A stretch of DNA of 64,000 nucleotides from Amoebidium appalachense (lineage: Eukaryota > Protista > Ichthyosporea): contig CAVNZM010000003.1 of NCBI GenBank assembly GCA_963693365.1, forward strand, positions 653,006 to 717,005. Direction: 5' to 3'. The notes under the pieces are model-generated. The model made no database searches and was not told where the DNA came from. It saw nothing but the letters and a program-made list of their open reading frames with translations. A program made the position numbers and the translations under genes. This document shows positions 26,704 through 38,693 of the stretch, piece after piece (position 1 is the stretch's first letter; every line of letters starts with the position of its first letter).

Positions 26704-29700
26704 ATGTGCCCCACCCCCCCCACGAACAGTTACCCCCGTGTACTGACCCCCCCATGCACACGCACACCCCGCCCCCCGCGCAAAAAGAAAAATGTGCATT
26801 TTGCTGACCGTGTGCACTCCTCCATTGCAGAACCACGGCATGAAAATGCCACTGTGTGCACATTAACCCACGAAAATAAATGCACAGCCACACTTGCGCG
26901 AATGTATGTGCATGGGAAGCTAGTCACAGTAGTTGTCGACTCTGGTGCTAGCCATAGCTGTATAAGCCCAGCATTTTACGAATCTCTCCCTGTAGTGGCA
27001 AGAAAACGAATTCAGCATGTTCCTAATTTTAGTGTACTGGATGCACAAAGTAACGAAATGACATGCCAAGGAAGAATATCTCTCACTCTCGCCATTCCCA
27101 ACGAATCTGCTCTAGTGGTGCACAGATGGCATGTGATTGATAATCTACCATATGATGCCTTATTAGGTGTTGATTTCATGGGGCCACAACAGGGACGAAT
27201 TGATTACGGTGCTGCAGAACTTTCGTTCATGTATGCTAAGGGAAATCGCAGGTGCAGTATTCCGGTGTGGTGGTTGCGTGGGAGTGCGGAGGAGACAGCT
27301 GTTTCTCGCGTATTAATTACCACCACAGGTATTCACCTCCCGGTAGATGCGTCAAATATCGCAACGTGTAAAATAAAACTCGCTGCCGGCGCACCACCAC
27401 CACGAACTTTAGACTGTTGTATGGGCACAGTGGTTCCATGTGGTCCACTTAATTCACGGGCTTACACAACAGGATGCAGTGTCACCAGTTTAGCTCGAAT
27501 TTCGAATAACGAACCCCCCCTCTCCACTAGCGAAGAAAGTGTGATCGAGGACGAATACGAATGCAAGGTGTTGTTGACTAACACATCGGACCATCATGTG
27601 TACCTAGGCCCTGGTACGGAGGTGGCCATGTTTATTCCCTTGCAATCAGATGACACTGTTACTCTTTTAGCACGTCCACACTCCGGTAATGGAACCAGGA
27701 GGGCGACAACCCCACACCCTGGCCATCCATTAGGTACCTCTGCTAAAACGAACTTTTCTTCGCAGGAATCAACCGAAGAACCCACCGAACACGAACCACA
27801 CACTTTCCAGGCGGCTACTAATATTAACGGTAGTATTAAGGTGTGTGAACGGAGTAAAATTATGAATATGAGTACGAAAGAGAACACCACACAGCGCAGT
27901 TCCACGAAAATGAATGGTTTTGGTAATCCAGCACGAACAAAACCAGAGGTAGGGCCACCTACTATCGAAGCAGCAGATGGGGCACCATCTACCACTGCAC
28001 TGGAGGATACGAATAATTTACGAAAGCGTACGCACGAATGTACCTCCGACGGGGAAGCCGCCACAGACGACGACTTGCCTTTTGGGGTCAAACCTCCAGA
28101 AGAATACGACATGCCTGGAACTCCCCCAGACCAACGGAAACCGTTGGCGAAACGGATACGAAAACTGCTTAAGAAATGGAAGCATGTGTTCTCTGCACAC
28201 GACAACGACTTTGGTTTGAGTACCTTAGACGAACTGTCGATCGAAGTAACTACCACCATACCACAGTACCGCAGGCCCTATAACATCCCCGGGCCACATC
28301 ACCTTCGCGATAGCCTACACAAACAAATTCAAAATTGGGTAGAGTTTGGAGTGATTGAGCCTGCGTCCAGCCCTTACTCCGCTCCGATGGTGTTGGTGGC
28401 GAAAAAGGACGGGTCTTTAAGAGTCTGCATTGATTTTAGAATGCTGAACTTGATTACGAAGAAAGACGGTTACCCTTTACCACGAATTGACATGGCTCTG
28501 GGTATGCTCAGAGGTGCCCGCGTGTTTTCCGCACTTGATTTAAACGGTGGTTACCACCAAGTCAAAGTAGCCGATAACGACAAAGAAAAACTTGCATTTA
28601 CCACCCCCTGGGGGCAGTATCAATTCGCACGCGCACCTTTTGGAGTAAGTAACATGCCTGCTGTCTTTTCAAGGATGATGAACCGTGTATTCGCTGGTAT
28701 GCTGTGGACACATGTACTCATATATCTCGATGATATATTAGTTATGTCACCCACTATCGAAGAACATTTTGGGCATTTAGATTCATGTTTTTCCCGGCTC
28801 TGTGATGCAGGATTAAAACTGAAAGGCAGAAAATGCTCTTTGTTCATGGAAGAAGTTGGCTATTTAGGCCATCGCGTATGCCCGGATGGTATTAAGGTAG
28901 ACCCAGAAAAAGTGGCAGCAATAAAGAATAAAAGCTACCCACAAAATTTATCTGAGCTACGAAGTGACCTCGGGTTATTTTCATATTATCGAATATTTGT
29001 GGACGATTTCAGCCATACGGCTGAACCACTCACGCGAATGCTGGGCACCTCGAAGGAGGATTCAGAATTACTAAAACGAATTCACGCAAAAATGCCCCCC
29101 TCTACGAAACCCGCCAAACGCAACGGCAGCGCAAAACAACGAAAAGACGAAGCAAAAAATTTGCACGCCGATTCTGCAGCTATTTTGGCCACGAAAAAGA
29201 AAGCACAGAAAAATGCTGCATGGGTGTGGGGTACGGAACAGGAGAAAGCATACGATACCCTTAAGAATGCGTTAATTAATGCACCTGTGCTTGCTCACCC
29301 CGATTTCACCAAACCTTTTATTGTTGACTCAGATGCTTCACAGTATGCTCTGGGCGCAGTGATTTCGCAGGTAGGTGATGACGGCAAAGAACGACCCATA
29401 GCTTATGCTAGCAGAACACTCTCTAAGAGTGAACGAAATTATGCGGCGAATAAAAGGGAAGCCTTAGGTGTGTATTGGGCTGTGTGCAAAGCATTTCGCG
29501 CTTACACCTATGGGGCTCCTTTCTTGTTACGAACCGACCACTCCAGCTTGACGCGCATTCTGTCTACCGGCGATGCACCGGAACCTGTTGTTGCAGGCTG
29601 GCAAATGGCGCTTTCCGCATACACATACGAAATTCAGCACAGGGCGGGCAAACACCACAGCAATGCTGATGGACTCTCTCGGCCATCTAAAGAAAATGCG

Positions 29701-31458
29701 CAACCAGGACCCGAAGATACTGAGCTGACATACCCCTCACTGATCGGCACAGTCTCGGGCTCGTCCACGGTGTTTGCGGTAACACGCTCCGCCGCAGCGA
29801 CAGCGCAGGCACAAGCTGCCACCCACCCACCCCCAGCTGAACCCACGAAACCTAATACCACGCCGCCAGAATTTATTCCCCCAAAAGCGGATGGACGAAT
29901 GCCCACCTATGAACAGTATGTGTCAGCACAGAAGGCTGATAAACACATTGCGAAAGTCAGGGCCTACCTGGAAAAAGCACCGGGCTACGAATTATTTGGC
30001 AACGAAATCGCGATGGAAGCTAGTCGCTGCACCATAGACAATGACCTTGTGTATGTGTGGGTCCTAGAACAGCGTGGCCCCCGCAAACCCAGCAAGGAAC
30101 CACGAATTTGGGTGCCGTCTACGCTTGTGCGCCTCGTTTTGGCCGCATGTCACGACGCCCCAACCGCAGGTCACCTCGACGCAGCACGCACCTTCCACCG
30201 TGTTACCCAGATAGCATGGTGGCCACATGTATGGCAAGACTCGGTGCAGTGGGTAACCACATGCAAAGCCTGTCAATACCGGAAGACACCCCGAATGCAA
30301 AAGAAACTACGAATTCACGATGGTTTTATCCCCACCTATCCCTTTCAATACGTGTCTATGGACATTACTGAGATGCCTACGAAATCTGATCTCAGAGTTT
30401 CCCTGTTGGTGTTTCTCGACCTCTTCACTCGCTGGCCGGAAGTGATTTTATTTCACAAAACACCCACAGCCGAAGATGTGGCAAAGGCATTCGAAGACTC
30501 CATCTACTGCCGTCACGGTCGTCCGGAATTTTTAGTATCAGACAACGGCGCGAATTTGGCAGCTATGTTGGTCACAGATGTCTGTCGAGTGTTGGCTACA
30601 AAACGAATTTTTGCAAGTCCCTACAGCCCCCAGACCAATGGTGCCGTAGAGCGATTCAATCGCACACTTAAGAATATTCTTGCCACTCTCGTGCAGGATA
30701 AACACCACGAATGGATTGACTACTTACCGCAAGTACTGTTTTCCTACCGCACCGCCTACCACTCTTCCTTGGGGGACACGCCATTCTTCATGCTTTATGG
30801 CAGAGATCCGGTCGAGCCCCCCCGCCCCCCAATTGCGGCTTCATGTGGGATGGAGACGGAGGAATACCGTCGAGAACTACTGCAACGAGTGCAGTATGCC
30901 CGGCAAACAGTCACACGAATTATGTCTGAAGCTGCCCGTCGTAGTAAAATCACGGCTAACAAAAATGCTCGTGAACCCACAGAACTCGAGGGTCTGGTGT
31001 TGAAAGCAGTCACAGACTCCACCACCGACCACAGTCTACCCACGGCACTCAGACCTAAATGGGAAGGTCCGTATCGCGTCCTGCGGCGCGTTACCGACGC
31101 CCCCATGTCTTACGAAATTCAGCGGGTTGGGTCAACGGACACCGTTCGAGCACACGCACGTCACTTGAAGCCGTATTTTCCCCGTGACGACGTTGATATG
31201 ACGCCTGCCGACTCTGGTCCGCAAGATTCACCCACCCCCACCTTCGAAGTGGCAAAAATTATTGCCCACAAGTACGACTCGGCAACTGCCCAAGCCCTTT
31301 ACAAAGTTCGTTGGAAAGGGTACACGGCTAAGAACGACACCTGGGAACCTCACTCCGGCCTGCAAGACACAGCCGCAGGAGCACTCACAGACTACCTAGG
31401 TACTTTGGTGGCCGGCCCTGCCAGCCAGCCCGCACGAAAGAAGCGCCGACGTCGCTAA
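26704..31458 (+). CDS. Gypsy Pol: protease-RT-RNaseH-integrase-chromodomain
   Basis: VVDSGA protease; LRVCIDFR, FARAPFG, YLDD RT; DSDASQYALGA, RNY..REAL, TDH, NADGLSR RNase H; H-H-C-C zinc finger, SMD/SDNG/PQTNGAVERFN integrase; WEGPY; chromodomain FEVAKIIAHK..YKVRWKGY..DTWEP. Confidence 0.97.
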   Translation: MCPTPPTNSYPRVLTPPCTRTPRPPRKKKNVHFADRVHSSIAEPRHENATVCTLTHENKCTATLARMYVHGKLVTVVVDSGASHSCISPAFYESLPVVARKRIQHVPNFSVLDAQSNEMTCQGRISLTLAIPNESALVVHRWHVIDNLPYDALLGVDFMGPQQGRIDYGAAELSFMYAKGNRRCSIPVWWLRGSAEETAVSRVLITTTGIHLPVDASNIATCKIKLAAGAPPPRTLDCCMGTVVPCGPLNSRAYTTGCSVTSLARISNNEPPLSTSEESVIEDEYECKVLLTNTSDHHVYLGPGTEVAMFIPLQSDDTVTLLARPHSGNGTRRATTPHPGHPLGTSAKTNFSSQESTEEPTEHEPHTFQAATNINGSIKVCERSKIMNMSTKENTTQRSSTKMNGFGNPARTKPEVGPPTIEAADGAPSTTALEDTNNLRKRTHECTSDGEAATDDDLPFGVKPPEEYDMPGTPPDQRKPLAKRIRKLLKKWKHVFSAHDNDFGLSTLDELSIEVTTTIPQYRRPYNIPGPHHLRDSLHKQIQNWVEFGVIEPASSPYSAPMVLVAKKDGSLRVCIDFRMLNLITKKDGYPLPRIDMALGMLRGARVFSALDLNGGYHQVKVADNDKEKLAFTTPWGQYQFARAPFGVSNMPAVFSRMMNRVFAGMLWTHVLIYLDDILVMSPTIEEHFGHLDSCFSRLCDAGLKLKGRKCSLFMEEVGYLGHRVCPDGIKVDPEKVAAIKNKSYPQNLSELRSDLGLFSYYRIFVDDFSHTAEPLTRMLGTSKEDSELLKRIHAKMPPSTKPAKRNGSAKQRKDEAKNLHADSAAILATKKKAQKNAAWVWGTEQEKAYDTLKNALINAPVLAHPDFTKPFIVDSDASQYALGAVISQVGDDGKERPIAYASRTLSKSERNYAANKREALGVYWAVCKAFRAYTYGAPFLLRTDHSSLTRILSTGDAPEPVVAGWQMALSAYTYEIQHRAGKHHSNADGLSRPSKENAQPGPEDTELTYPSLIGTVSGSSTVFAVTRSAAATAQAQAATHPPPAEPTKPNTTPPEFIPPKADGRMPTYEQYVSAQKADKHIAKVRAYLEKAPGYELFGNEIAMEASRCTIDNDLVYVWVLEQRGPRKPSKEPRIWVPSTLVRLVLAACHDAPTAGHLDAARTFHRVTQIAWWPHVWQDSVQWVTTCKACQYRKTPRMQKKLRIHDGFIPTYPFQYVSMDITEMPTKSDLRVSLLVFLDLFTRWPEVILFHKTPTAEDVAKAFEDSIYCRHGRPEFLVSDNGANLAAMLVTDVCRVLATKRIFASPYSPQTNGAVERFNRTLKNILATLVQDKHHEWIDYLPQVLFSYRTAYHSSLGDTPFFMLYGRDPVEPPRPPIAASCGMETEEYRRELLQRVQYARQTVTRIMSEAARRSKITANKNAREPTELEGLVLKAVTDSTTDHSLPTALRPKWEGPYRVLRRVTDAPMSYEIQRVGSTDTVRAHARHLKPYFPRDDVDMTPADSGPQDSPTPTFEVAKIIAHKYDSATAQALYKVRWKGYTAKNDTWEPHSGLQDTAAGALTDYLGTLVAGPASQPARKKRRRR

Positions 31459-31522
31459 CTTCCCTCAGCCTGGTGGTTTACCGTCTCCAGACCATACCAC
31501 CAGGCTCCCGAGAAGGGGGGAG

Positions 31523-32138
31523 TGTAAACATCTGTACACGCCGTACATGTTTACTATTAAGAATATACTGTACATATCATAGTGATCACGTAGATATTGT
31601 GTACATATGATCAGATCAATATCACACGCGACAGCCGCGGGCTGCGGCTCACGACTGAGCCGCGGCGCCGGCAATATGCAGTGGCCGTGCAGTCAGTATG
31701 AACCAATAGAATTCGAGAACCGCTAGGATAGGAATGCAAGTCTCATCCACTACGGAGGCGACATCTATAGCTAAACGAACGGAACCAATAAGGAAATCAG
31801 ACCCAGTTGCATAAACCTAAACGGGCTTAAGTATTGACCAATCATTTGCCACAAAGTTATCCTTTTAGTTAGCTTCATGTTATTGGTGCACTGTGTGCAC
31901 ATAAAGACGACCGCACTCTTCTGACTGGTCAGAAGTCACGAAGGGGGTTTACGCTGTTTACTCGAGGCAAAGAGAACCAGTCTCAGGTATGGGGGGGGGG
32001 GTTTTGCTCGGAATATCCCCTCAGCGGTATATCATGATCACGTACATAGATGTCGGGTGGTGACTATATATCAGGGTTTACTTTCTCTACGAGACACCAT
32101 AAAGACTACAAGGAGAAATCAATTAGTTGGGGTTCCCC

Positions 32139-32180
<42 letters not shown>

Positions 32181-32212
32181 GGGCTCCCCTCGGGACACTC
32201 GGTATCAGCTGG

Positions 32213-32279
<67 letters not shown>

Positions 32280-33099
32280 TGCGCTATAATTTTGTAGTGA
32301 TGTGTTTCTCAAGCCAATCAATACATCTAATAAACAGTCGTAGTTACGCGTGTTTAGTATAAAATCAAGGATGTTGTAATTTAAGGTAGGCTATCTTTCT
32401 GGGTGTCTGTTGTGAATGTGACGTGTGTGTGTTGCGGTATTATGTGGTCTATCAAACTACATTTGGCGATACATGACCGGTTAAACTGTGTGTGTGTGTG
32501 TTGTTTGGGCATGCAAATGATGCCACCTTATACTTATTAGATCTCCACTGTATAGCACGTGTACAGTAAAAGCGTGGTAATTGATAATAATACCATCAGC
32601 TAGAGAAAGACCAGTTCTACAGGAAGGTAATATTATTTAGGTGTTATCATGCGAGTGCCATATTTGGCAATATGGTTGAGGCGGTCAGTATATATAAAAC
32701 GAGACATAAGGCTTAGTTTTTCAAGGTGTATGCTTTCATCGGGTCTAGTGTCGTGTGGTATCTTTTTCCATTTGTTATATTGCGTGATTATCTTGTGATT
32801 GTGTACATGTTTAATAAGTAAGTGGCAGTCCAAAGTCACACACACACTATTGCGGGGTTTATTTGTATTTGTGCCCAGGGGAGAAGGGGAGAGAGAGGGG
32901 AGGAAAGAAGGCATCAATGCCACCCATCCAGATGATCCGGAACCTGGGGGCTATATAAACAAGCCGTCCCAGTACGGGGGATCACTCTGAACGAGCACAT
33001 TAAATAGTAACCTGGCCGCGTGTGCCTTACTACCCGTTCTCTGTCTTTATTCTGATTCAGTTGTTCTCTGCCTTATCCCAACTAGTTCAACTGTTTACA
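31523..33099 (+). repeat. Gypsy 3' LTR (~1.58 kb)
   Basis: Starts TGTAAACA right after the PPT; ends in the exact inverted 8-mer TGTTTACA (33092-33099), where an unrelated ORF is cut off; TATA-like CTATATAAA at ~32951. No second LTR is available to confirm. Confidence 0.75.
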
Positions 33100-33667
33100 C
33101 CTCCTCAAGGGCCCTGGACCATCTTGACGAGAGCTGGGGGTAATAGTCGCGCTCCATATTGGCCCGCACGACCTGGGCAAACGCACCACCCTCAGTAGCC
33201 CTGATGTGCTGGTAAGTCACACGGTCGCCTACCAGGTTGAGGATGTCGCCCACCATGCTCCATGTCAGGTCGAGACGCCGCCGCAGGTGGGTAGCTTCGT
33301 CTTCATCGGGCAGCCGCGGCATAGCAGCCACGGCGTTGTAGAGATGCAGGAGGGCGTTGCCCAAGCCCCCAGCAAACTCCACTTCTTCACGGACCGCCTG
33401 GCTGAGTTCACTGCGCTCAAACCCTAGGTGCTCAACAGGAATCGGACCGGGCCCGTTGCTGAGGGAGTCCTCCACCACGAACCGGGCAAAGCCGCCGAAG
33501 GCAGGGTGCATGGTTACCAAAGCTTGGCGTTGCACCGGAACCAACGGCAGTTCGGAGAAGCCCCAGTTGCGCCCAAGTCGCTCACGGCGGGCCTCGTTAC
33601 TCTCGACAGCATCGCCAGAAATGAGGCGGCGGAGCTCCGCAAGATAAGCTGAGTAGTTGGCGTCCAT
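33100..33667 (-). pseudogene. Truncated helical ORF, possibly the Gag of a DIRS-like element, interrupted by the Gypsy insertion
   Basis: ~190 codons of GC-rich coding-like sequence, TATA-like CTATAAAAA upstream (~33829-33837); the stop codon comes from the Gypsy LTR end. Gag identity is inferred from context only. Confidence 0.45.
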
Positions 33668-34321
33668 TCTAGTCACTACTAGAGTGGCGGGAGCAACGAC
33701 GTGCAGGACGGAAAGTTAAAAGTATACAGGCGCACTGCCACTGTGATTGCTACCTAATCACCAACCGTCACTGCTAGAGAGAGCAGCGACGGGGGACAAA
33801 AAGTGAGGGTGATTTAACCATCACACGCTTTTTATAGTACCCTAAAAAGCTGCTACTGTGCCTATTGGGTGATCACTTCGATCTCCCAATATGGCACTAC
33901 TAAGTTTAGAAAATCTGGATTTACAAATCAACGATTCTAATTGACCCCAACTGGCACTATTTTTAGTTACGCCTTATCCCACGGTTCTAGCCGCAGCAAC
34001 GCTAGTGGGGAAATGAGCACAGCTCACTTTAACAACACCAGCCGGGAGCGACCCGGGACACATACACAAACATAAAGACTTGAAAGGGGAAGATCCCATG
34101 CCCAGGACGCTGACCCGAACCGTGGCCGGTGACTCGGATTGGTCTCCCACTTGAACGTTGGGCCGGGATGCCCAAGCGGCGCGCCGTCGACGTCAGAGGG
34201 CCGGTGCTGTTCATGACGTCATGTCTTACGGCCGGGTGATAACAAATTGGTGGTGCTGCTTTGACGTGGTCTGGGGTGATGGCTTCTAGGGGGCGGCCAG
34301 ACCGGTGGACCGTCGAGGCAG

Positions 34322-34400
34322 AAAAAATCGGAAGTAACCAGGATCGATCCTGCGACTTTGAGCTTGGCACGCAGAGATCTTACCATTGCACCAACCCGCC
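34322..34400 (-). pseudogene. tRNA-derived (Gly-GCC-like) Pol III unit or SINE head
   Basis: Minus strand GGCGGGTTGGTGCAATGGTAAGAT..TGCCA..GGATCGATCC..TTTTTT: A-box, B-box-like motif and oligo-T; stems are degenerate. Confidence 0.4.
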
Positions 34401-35688
34401 CCCCGTCAAGATTCCCAGCTCATGTATATTATATGCATGTTGAGCTTCGAATGAATAGATACTGAAGTAGCCTTTGTTTCTACTATCGAACCTCGACGCG
34501 GTCCATATCAATTTGGCGTGGGCCAACGGTGTTCGTGGATATCGATGATCGCCGGTGGGAATTCGAAGCCCTGAAAATAATAATTAGCTTGGAGTTTTGT
34601 ACGTGGGTATACGTTGTGAAGAGTAATGTTTAGTAATCATAGTATTAGCTGCTTGTGTATTATACGTCTGATGCCTATGATACGTATGTACGTACAGTGA
34701 ATGGTTTGTTTGTGAATCAAGTTACTATGTGGATGCAGTGGGAAAACACGCCCACAAGCGGACTACGAAAACTTTACATGAGCAACGGTTCTAATATAGC
34801 GGAAGTTGTAGATGGAAGCGATGTTCGAAGTTTTGAGTCCTACGGTTAGGTAACTTCCGGAAGTTCCGAGCCTCCGAGGCCTCTAGGGCCTGGGCCGCCT
34901 GGCCATGGCCTCCTGAGGCAACAAGCGGAGAACAAAAAGTGCCTGTTGGCCTTGGTGCCGGCAACGTATCACGACCTCAAGCCTGTATGTCAATAATAAA
35001 TAAACAGCACAATCCCCCAGAACAAAAACAAACTGAAACAATCTATTATTAACAAGAGTTTATAATTTCACACCCTGGGGTAGTCTCCAAGGCTTTTTAG
35101 ACACCAAACTGCTTTTCGATTGCTTTATGGCCGGTCTGATGATGAGAGGCAGCACCCGGCCGCCGTCCCCGCAGGCCCCCACTGGGCCGCAAACAAATCA
35201 CATGTACTGACTCCCGGCCCTGGGGCCATACACACGAGATCAATACAGATAAGGCCCTCGGGCCCGAAAACAGAAATCATCCCCCCCCCCCCCCCCCAAC
35301 CAAGCACTACTACCCTCAACGCTAGCACTTACAGCCCTGATCCATAAAGCTGAGAACAGCAGGCAAACGGCGAGGAAACAGAATGCGGGCGGGTGGGTGG
35401 GTCCTAAGAAGAAGCGGCGAGGAAAAGACTGTTTGAGAGAAGCGAAAAACACGACTTTTATAGTCGCTTCTACAGGAAGAGATGTGTGATGCCGATCATC
35501 ACACCATCTTCTTCCGATTGGTGGATAAAATGAGTATTTACCAAATATATCATTTTAGACACCAAACTGCTATCTACGTCCACTAAGCCACAGCCGGCTA
35601 ACATAAACTATTACATTTACGCTGGCTGGCTGGGGCCCCTCACAGCCTGTCCAGGAACCGGGGGTGCTGTCCAGACGAAAATTAATGC

Positions 35689-36462
35689 TCAGGCTTGCAT
35701 ACGCCACGGCCGCACCCCGCGCGGGAAAATCACCTCAGAGGGGCGCAGCACACTTGCCGAAGCCAACCCCTGAATGACGGGCCACCACGACACCGTATCC
35801 CACACTGGAACGACGAGGATGCCCGCTGCACCTTCCCGCTGCAGCTTGGCCACCATTCGCTTGATCAGCGGGAACGGAGGCGCCCACCAGCTTGGTGCCG
35901 TCCACGGCACCGCCAACCCGTCTGCCATCCCACCGGGGGCCCCTGCCTGGGCCCACACATTAAACTCGGCCTTCACTGCCGAGGTGTGGGTGGCAAACCG
36001 ATCGACTTCGGGCTGCATGCCCAGCAGCCACTCCACCCGCTCGACTGCCTCCGGCGTGACTTGCCATTCATGCTGGGGGTCCACCCGCGACAGCCAATCT
36101 GCTCGGTCGTTGAGCTCACCAGGGATGTAGGCCACCTCCTGTGGCCAAGGCAACCCGTGGTCGAGGCACAACTGCAGAAGTTGCCACAGAATGCGCTGCA
36201 TCGAGGGGCTGCCGCTGCCCTTTTTCCGCACGGCCCCAAGGGCCGCCTGGGCATCGGCTTGCCACTGCACACGCTGCCCACGGAGGGCTTCCTGCAGGGC
36301 AGGGCTCTGATAGGCCTCCAACAGGCCCTCACACTCCGCAATCGCCGCCGCCCGCGGAGCGTCGTCGGCTGCCCACCTGCCCGCCGCCTCAAGCGCAGGG
36401 GCAGGGGGATCCCGCCACTTGAAGCACGGCCCCCCAGCCGTGTGTGGTGGCAGCATCCGTGA
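35689..36462 (-). pseudogene. DIRS RNase H + DNA N6-adenine methyltransferase-like domain
   Basis: TDA..GWGA, YIPGELNDRADWLSR (RNase H); VDRFA..FN..DGLAVPW..APPFPLIKRMVAKL..ILVVPVW..WWP (DIRS MT); frameshift near 36410. Confidence 0.85.
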
Positions 36463-37531
36463 CATCAGCAAACTTCCCGGAAGTATTGCCAACGTATTTT
36501 TTGCTATTGGCGCTATTGGCGATATTGGCAATAGAACCCCTTGCCGCCAATAGGAACGCCATATTGCAATAATATTGCTTTGGTATTGTCAATGGTAATA
36601 CAGTACCAATACCCTCTATTGTCGATATCCCGCTGATATGAATATATTATCCAGTATATGTTACATCAATATCGCCAATACATTAGAGTGCCATTACATT
36701 GCCATTGCATTACTATTGCGCTAGCATTATAGACGTATTGCCAATATCAATTATACCCGGGCGATATCACAATAACAACCAAATAATATCAAAAATACAG
36801 ATAATGATATGGATAATACTGTATTTTCGCATTGTAGTTGCACTATGAACGCATTATTAATGTATTGCCAATATGTAATTCATAGAAATACAAAGATTTA
36901 AATATCAAGAAACATATAAACAATGTATTGCCAACATATGATCCAACTATAATCAATATATAAATGCGGTATCGCCGATAGGTTGCTTATATATCGTGAG
37001 TATATTGATGACATAAACAGAGGTATGATTAATACACTCCCAACACATTACAAATAAGAAATATGTAAGTATGTTCCATATCAAGCATATATTGCCAACA
37101 TACGAATGATACCACCACCATAAAGATATAAGTGTTGATAATGCATTACATATATATTATAAATATCACACTATATTATCCAAATACATTGCCAATAAAT
37201 TGATAATGGGAACGAATGCATGCAAAGTACAGTATAAGTGCGCTTATAATATGAAAGGCATATCGGAGTAACGCCTTATATCTAAGAATAATACGTATGA
37301 CGAACATTGCCAATGTATTAATAATAGCTTTATTGATACCTCAATCACATGCTCAATATATTGGCAACATGCACACGGTACGGTAAGCACAGCCCCATGA
37401 TCATTATCAATGAATTGCCAATGTATTGCACATGTCGACATCCATACGTGTTCCGTATGGTCACTTTATTAACTTCGGTTGGATAGTGGCATCAAGCACA
37501 CAAGTAAACAACACAACTAATATACCACCCC

Positions 37532-37869
37532 AAGAGCAACACAGAAACGGAACACGGAAACAACAGCAGCCATAGGACAAAGAGCCCCAGACCCACAGGG
37601 TCTTGCCTCCATACTTTATTTACCTTAACAGGACAAAGAGCCGGTACCCACCTATGGGTGCTAAACATGCACATGATCATTCATGTGCTATAAGAGCAAC
37701 ACAGAAACGAAACACGGAAACAACAGCAGCCATAGGACAAAGAGCCCCAGACCCACAGGGTCTTGCCTCCATACTTTATTTACCTTAACAGGACAAAGAG
37801 CCGGTACCCACCTATGAAACGAAAAACGGAAACAACAGCAGCCATAGGACAAAGAGCCGGTACCCACCT
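37532..37869. repeat. Direct repeats, ~160-bp period (2 copies plus a partial)
   Basis: AAGAGCAACACAGAAACG..CATAGGACAAAGAGCC..GGTACCCACCT at ~37532 and ~37692, partial at ~37826. Confidence 0.85.
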
Positions 37870-38440
37870 CTAGATGATGACGTAGCCTTATAGCTGCTGA
37901 TGACTTCATGGGCCAACCTTGCCAAAACCTGTAAAGGAACTCGAGCTAAGAATTAGCTCATCCTACTTGCGAGAAGTGGGGGGGAGGGGGGGGGGGGGGG
38001 GGGGGGGGGGGGACTGAGGGGGCTGACTGAGAGTGGCAAAAAAAGAGTCGACAGAACCAACCTCAAAAATAGTAAGGACGGAAACCCGGACCAGAACTTA
38101 TGAAGTCTAGAGAAGCAGAAAATAGCTTGAACGATCGGTGGAGGGGATGATAGCTATAGTGCTAACAGCAAAAGTAGTGCCCACAGTCGCTGGTTCATGA
38201 ACGTGAAAGGCAACGTGCATCTGCAGCCAGCAGACACACGCACACGCACGCACACACACACACATACACACACACACACACAGACACAGACACAGACATA
38301 ATCACAGGACGGACACAGACCAGACAGACAAACGCCATATGCACAAAAGCAGGCAACACAAAACTAACCTTCAAAGGGCAGCATGGTCCAAAACAATCAG
38401 CACGGTGGCTGCGCACGGTGGCTGCGCGATCTGCGGAGGG

Positions 38441-38619
38441 GATCTGTGACCAGGCGACCTGCGGGAAGGGAACTGCGACCAGGCGACCTGCGGGAAGGGA
38501 CCTGTGTTGGAATACGTCACCATGTATGACAGCAAGAGCCTTGAAGTATGTATGTGTCCTAGCTTGTTTGTATTCGTGTCTGCTTTCCTCCTTTGTGTCT
38601 CTCTCTCTCTCCCTCTCTC

Positions 38620-38693
<74 letters not shown>

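Larger units (their letters stand above)
25576..33099 (+). mobile_element. Ty3/Gypsy chromodomain-bearing LTR retrotransposon, 5' LTR missing
   Basis: gag, intact pol with chromodomain, PPT AGAAGGGGGGAG at 31511-31522, then a TGTAAACA...TGTTTACA-bounded LTR. Confidence 0.92.

Noticed and set aside
35130-35270. Hammerhead ribozyme core (CTGATGA), also at ~1291, ~49055 and ~62796
   Set aside because: No stem II followed by GAAA and no closing helices; the 62796 case is the complement of a PPT-like motif.
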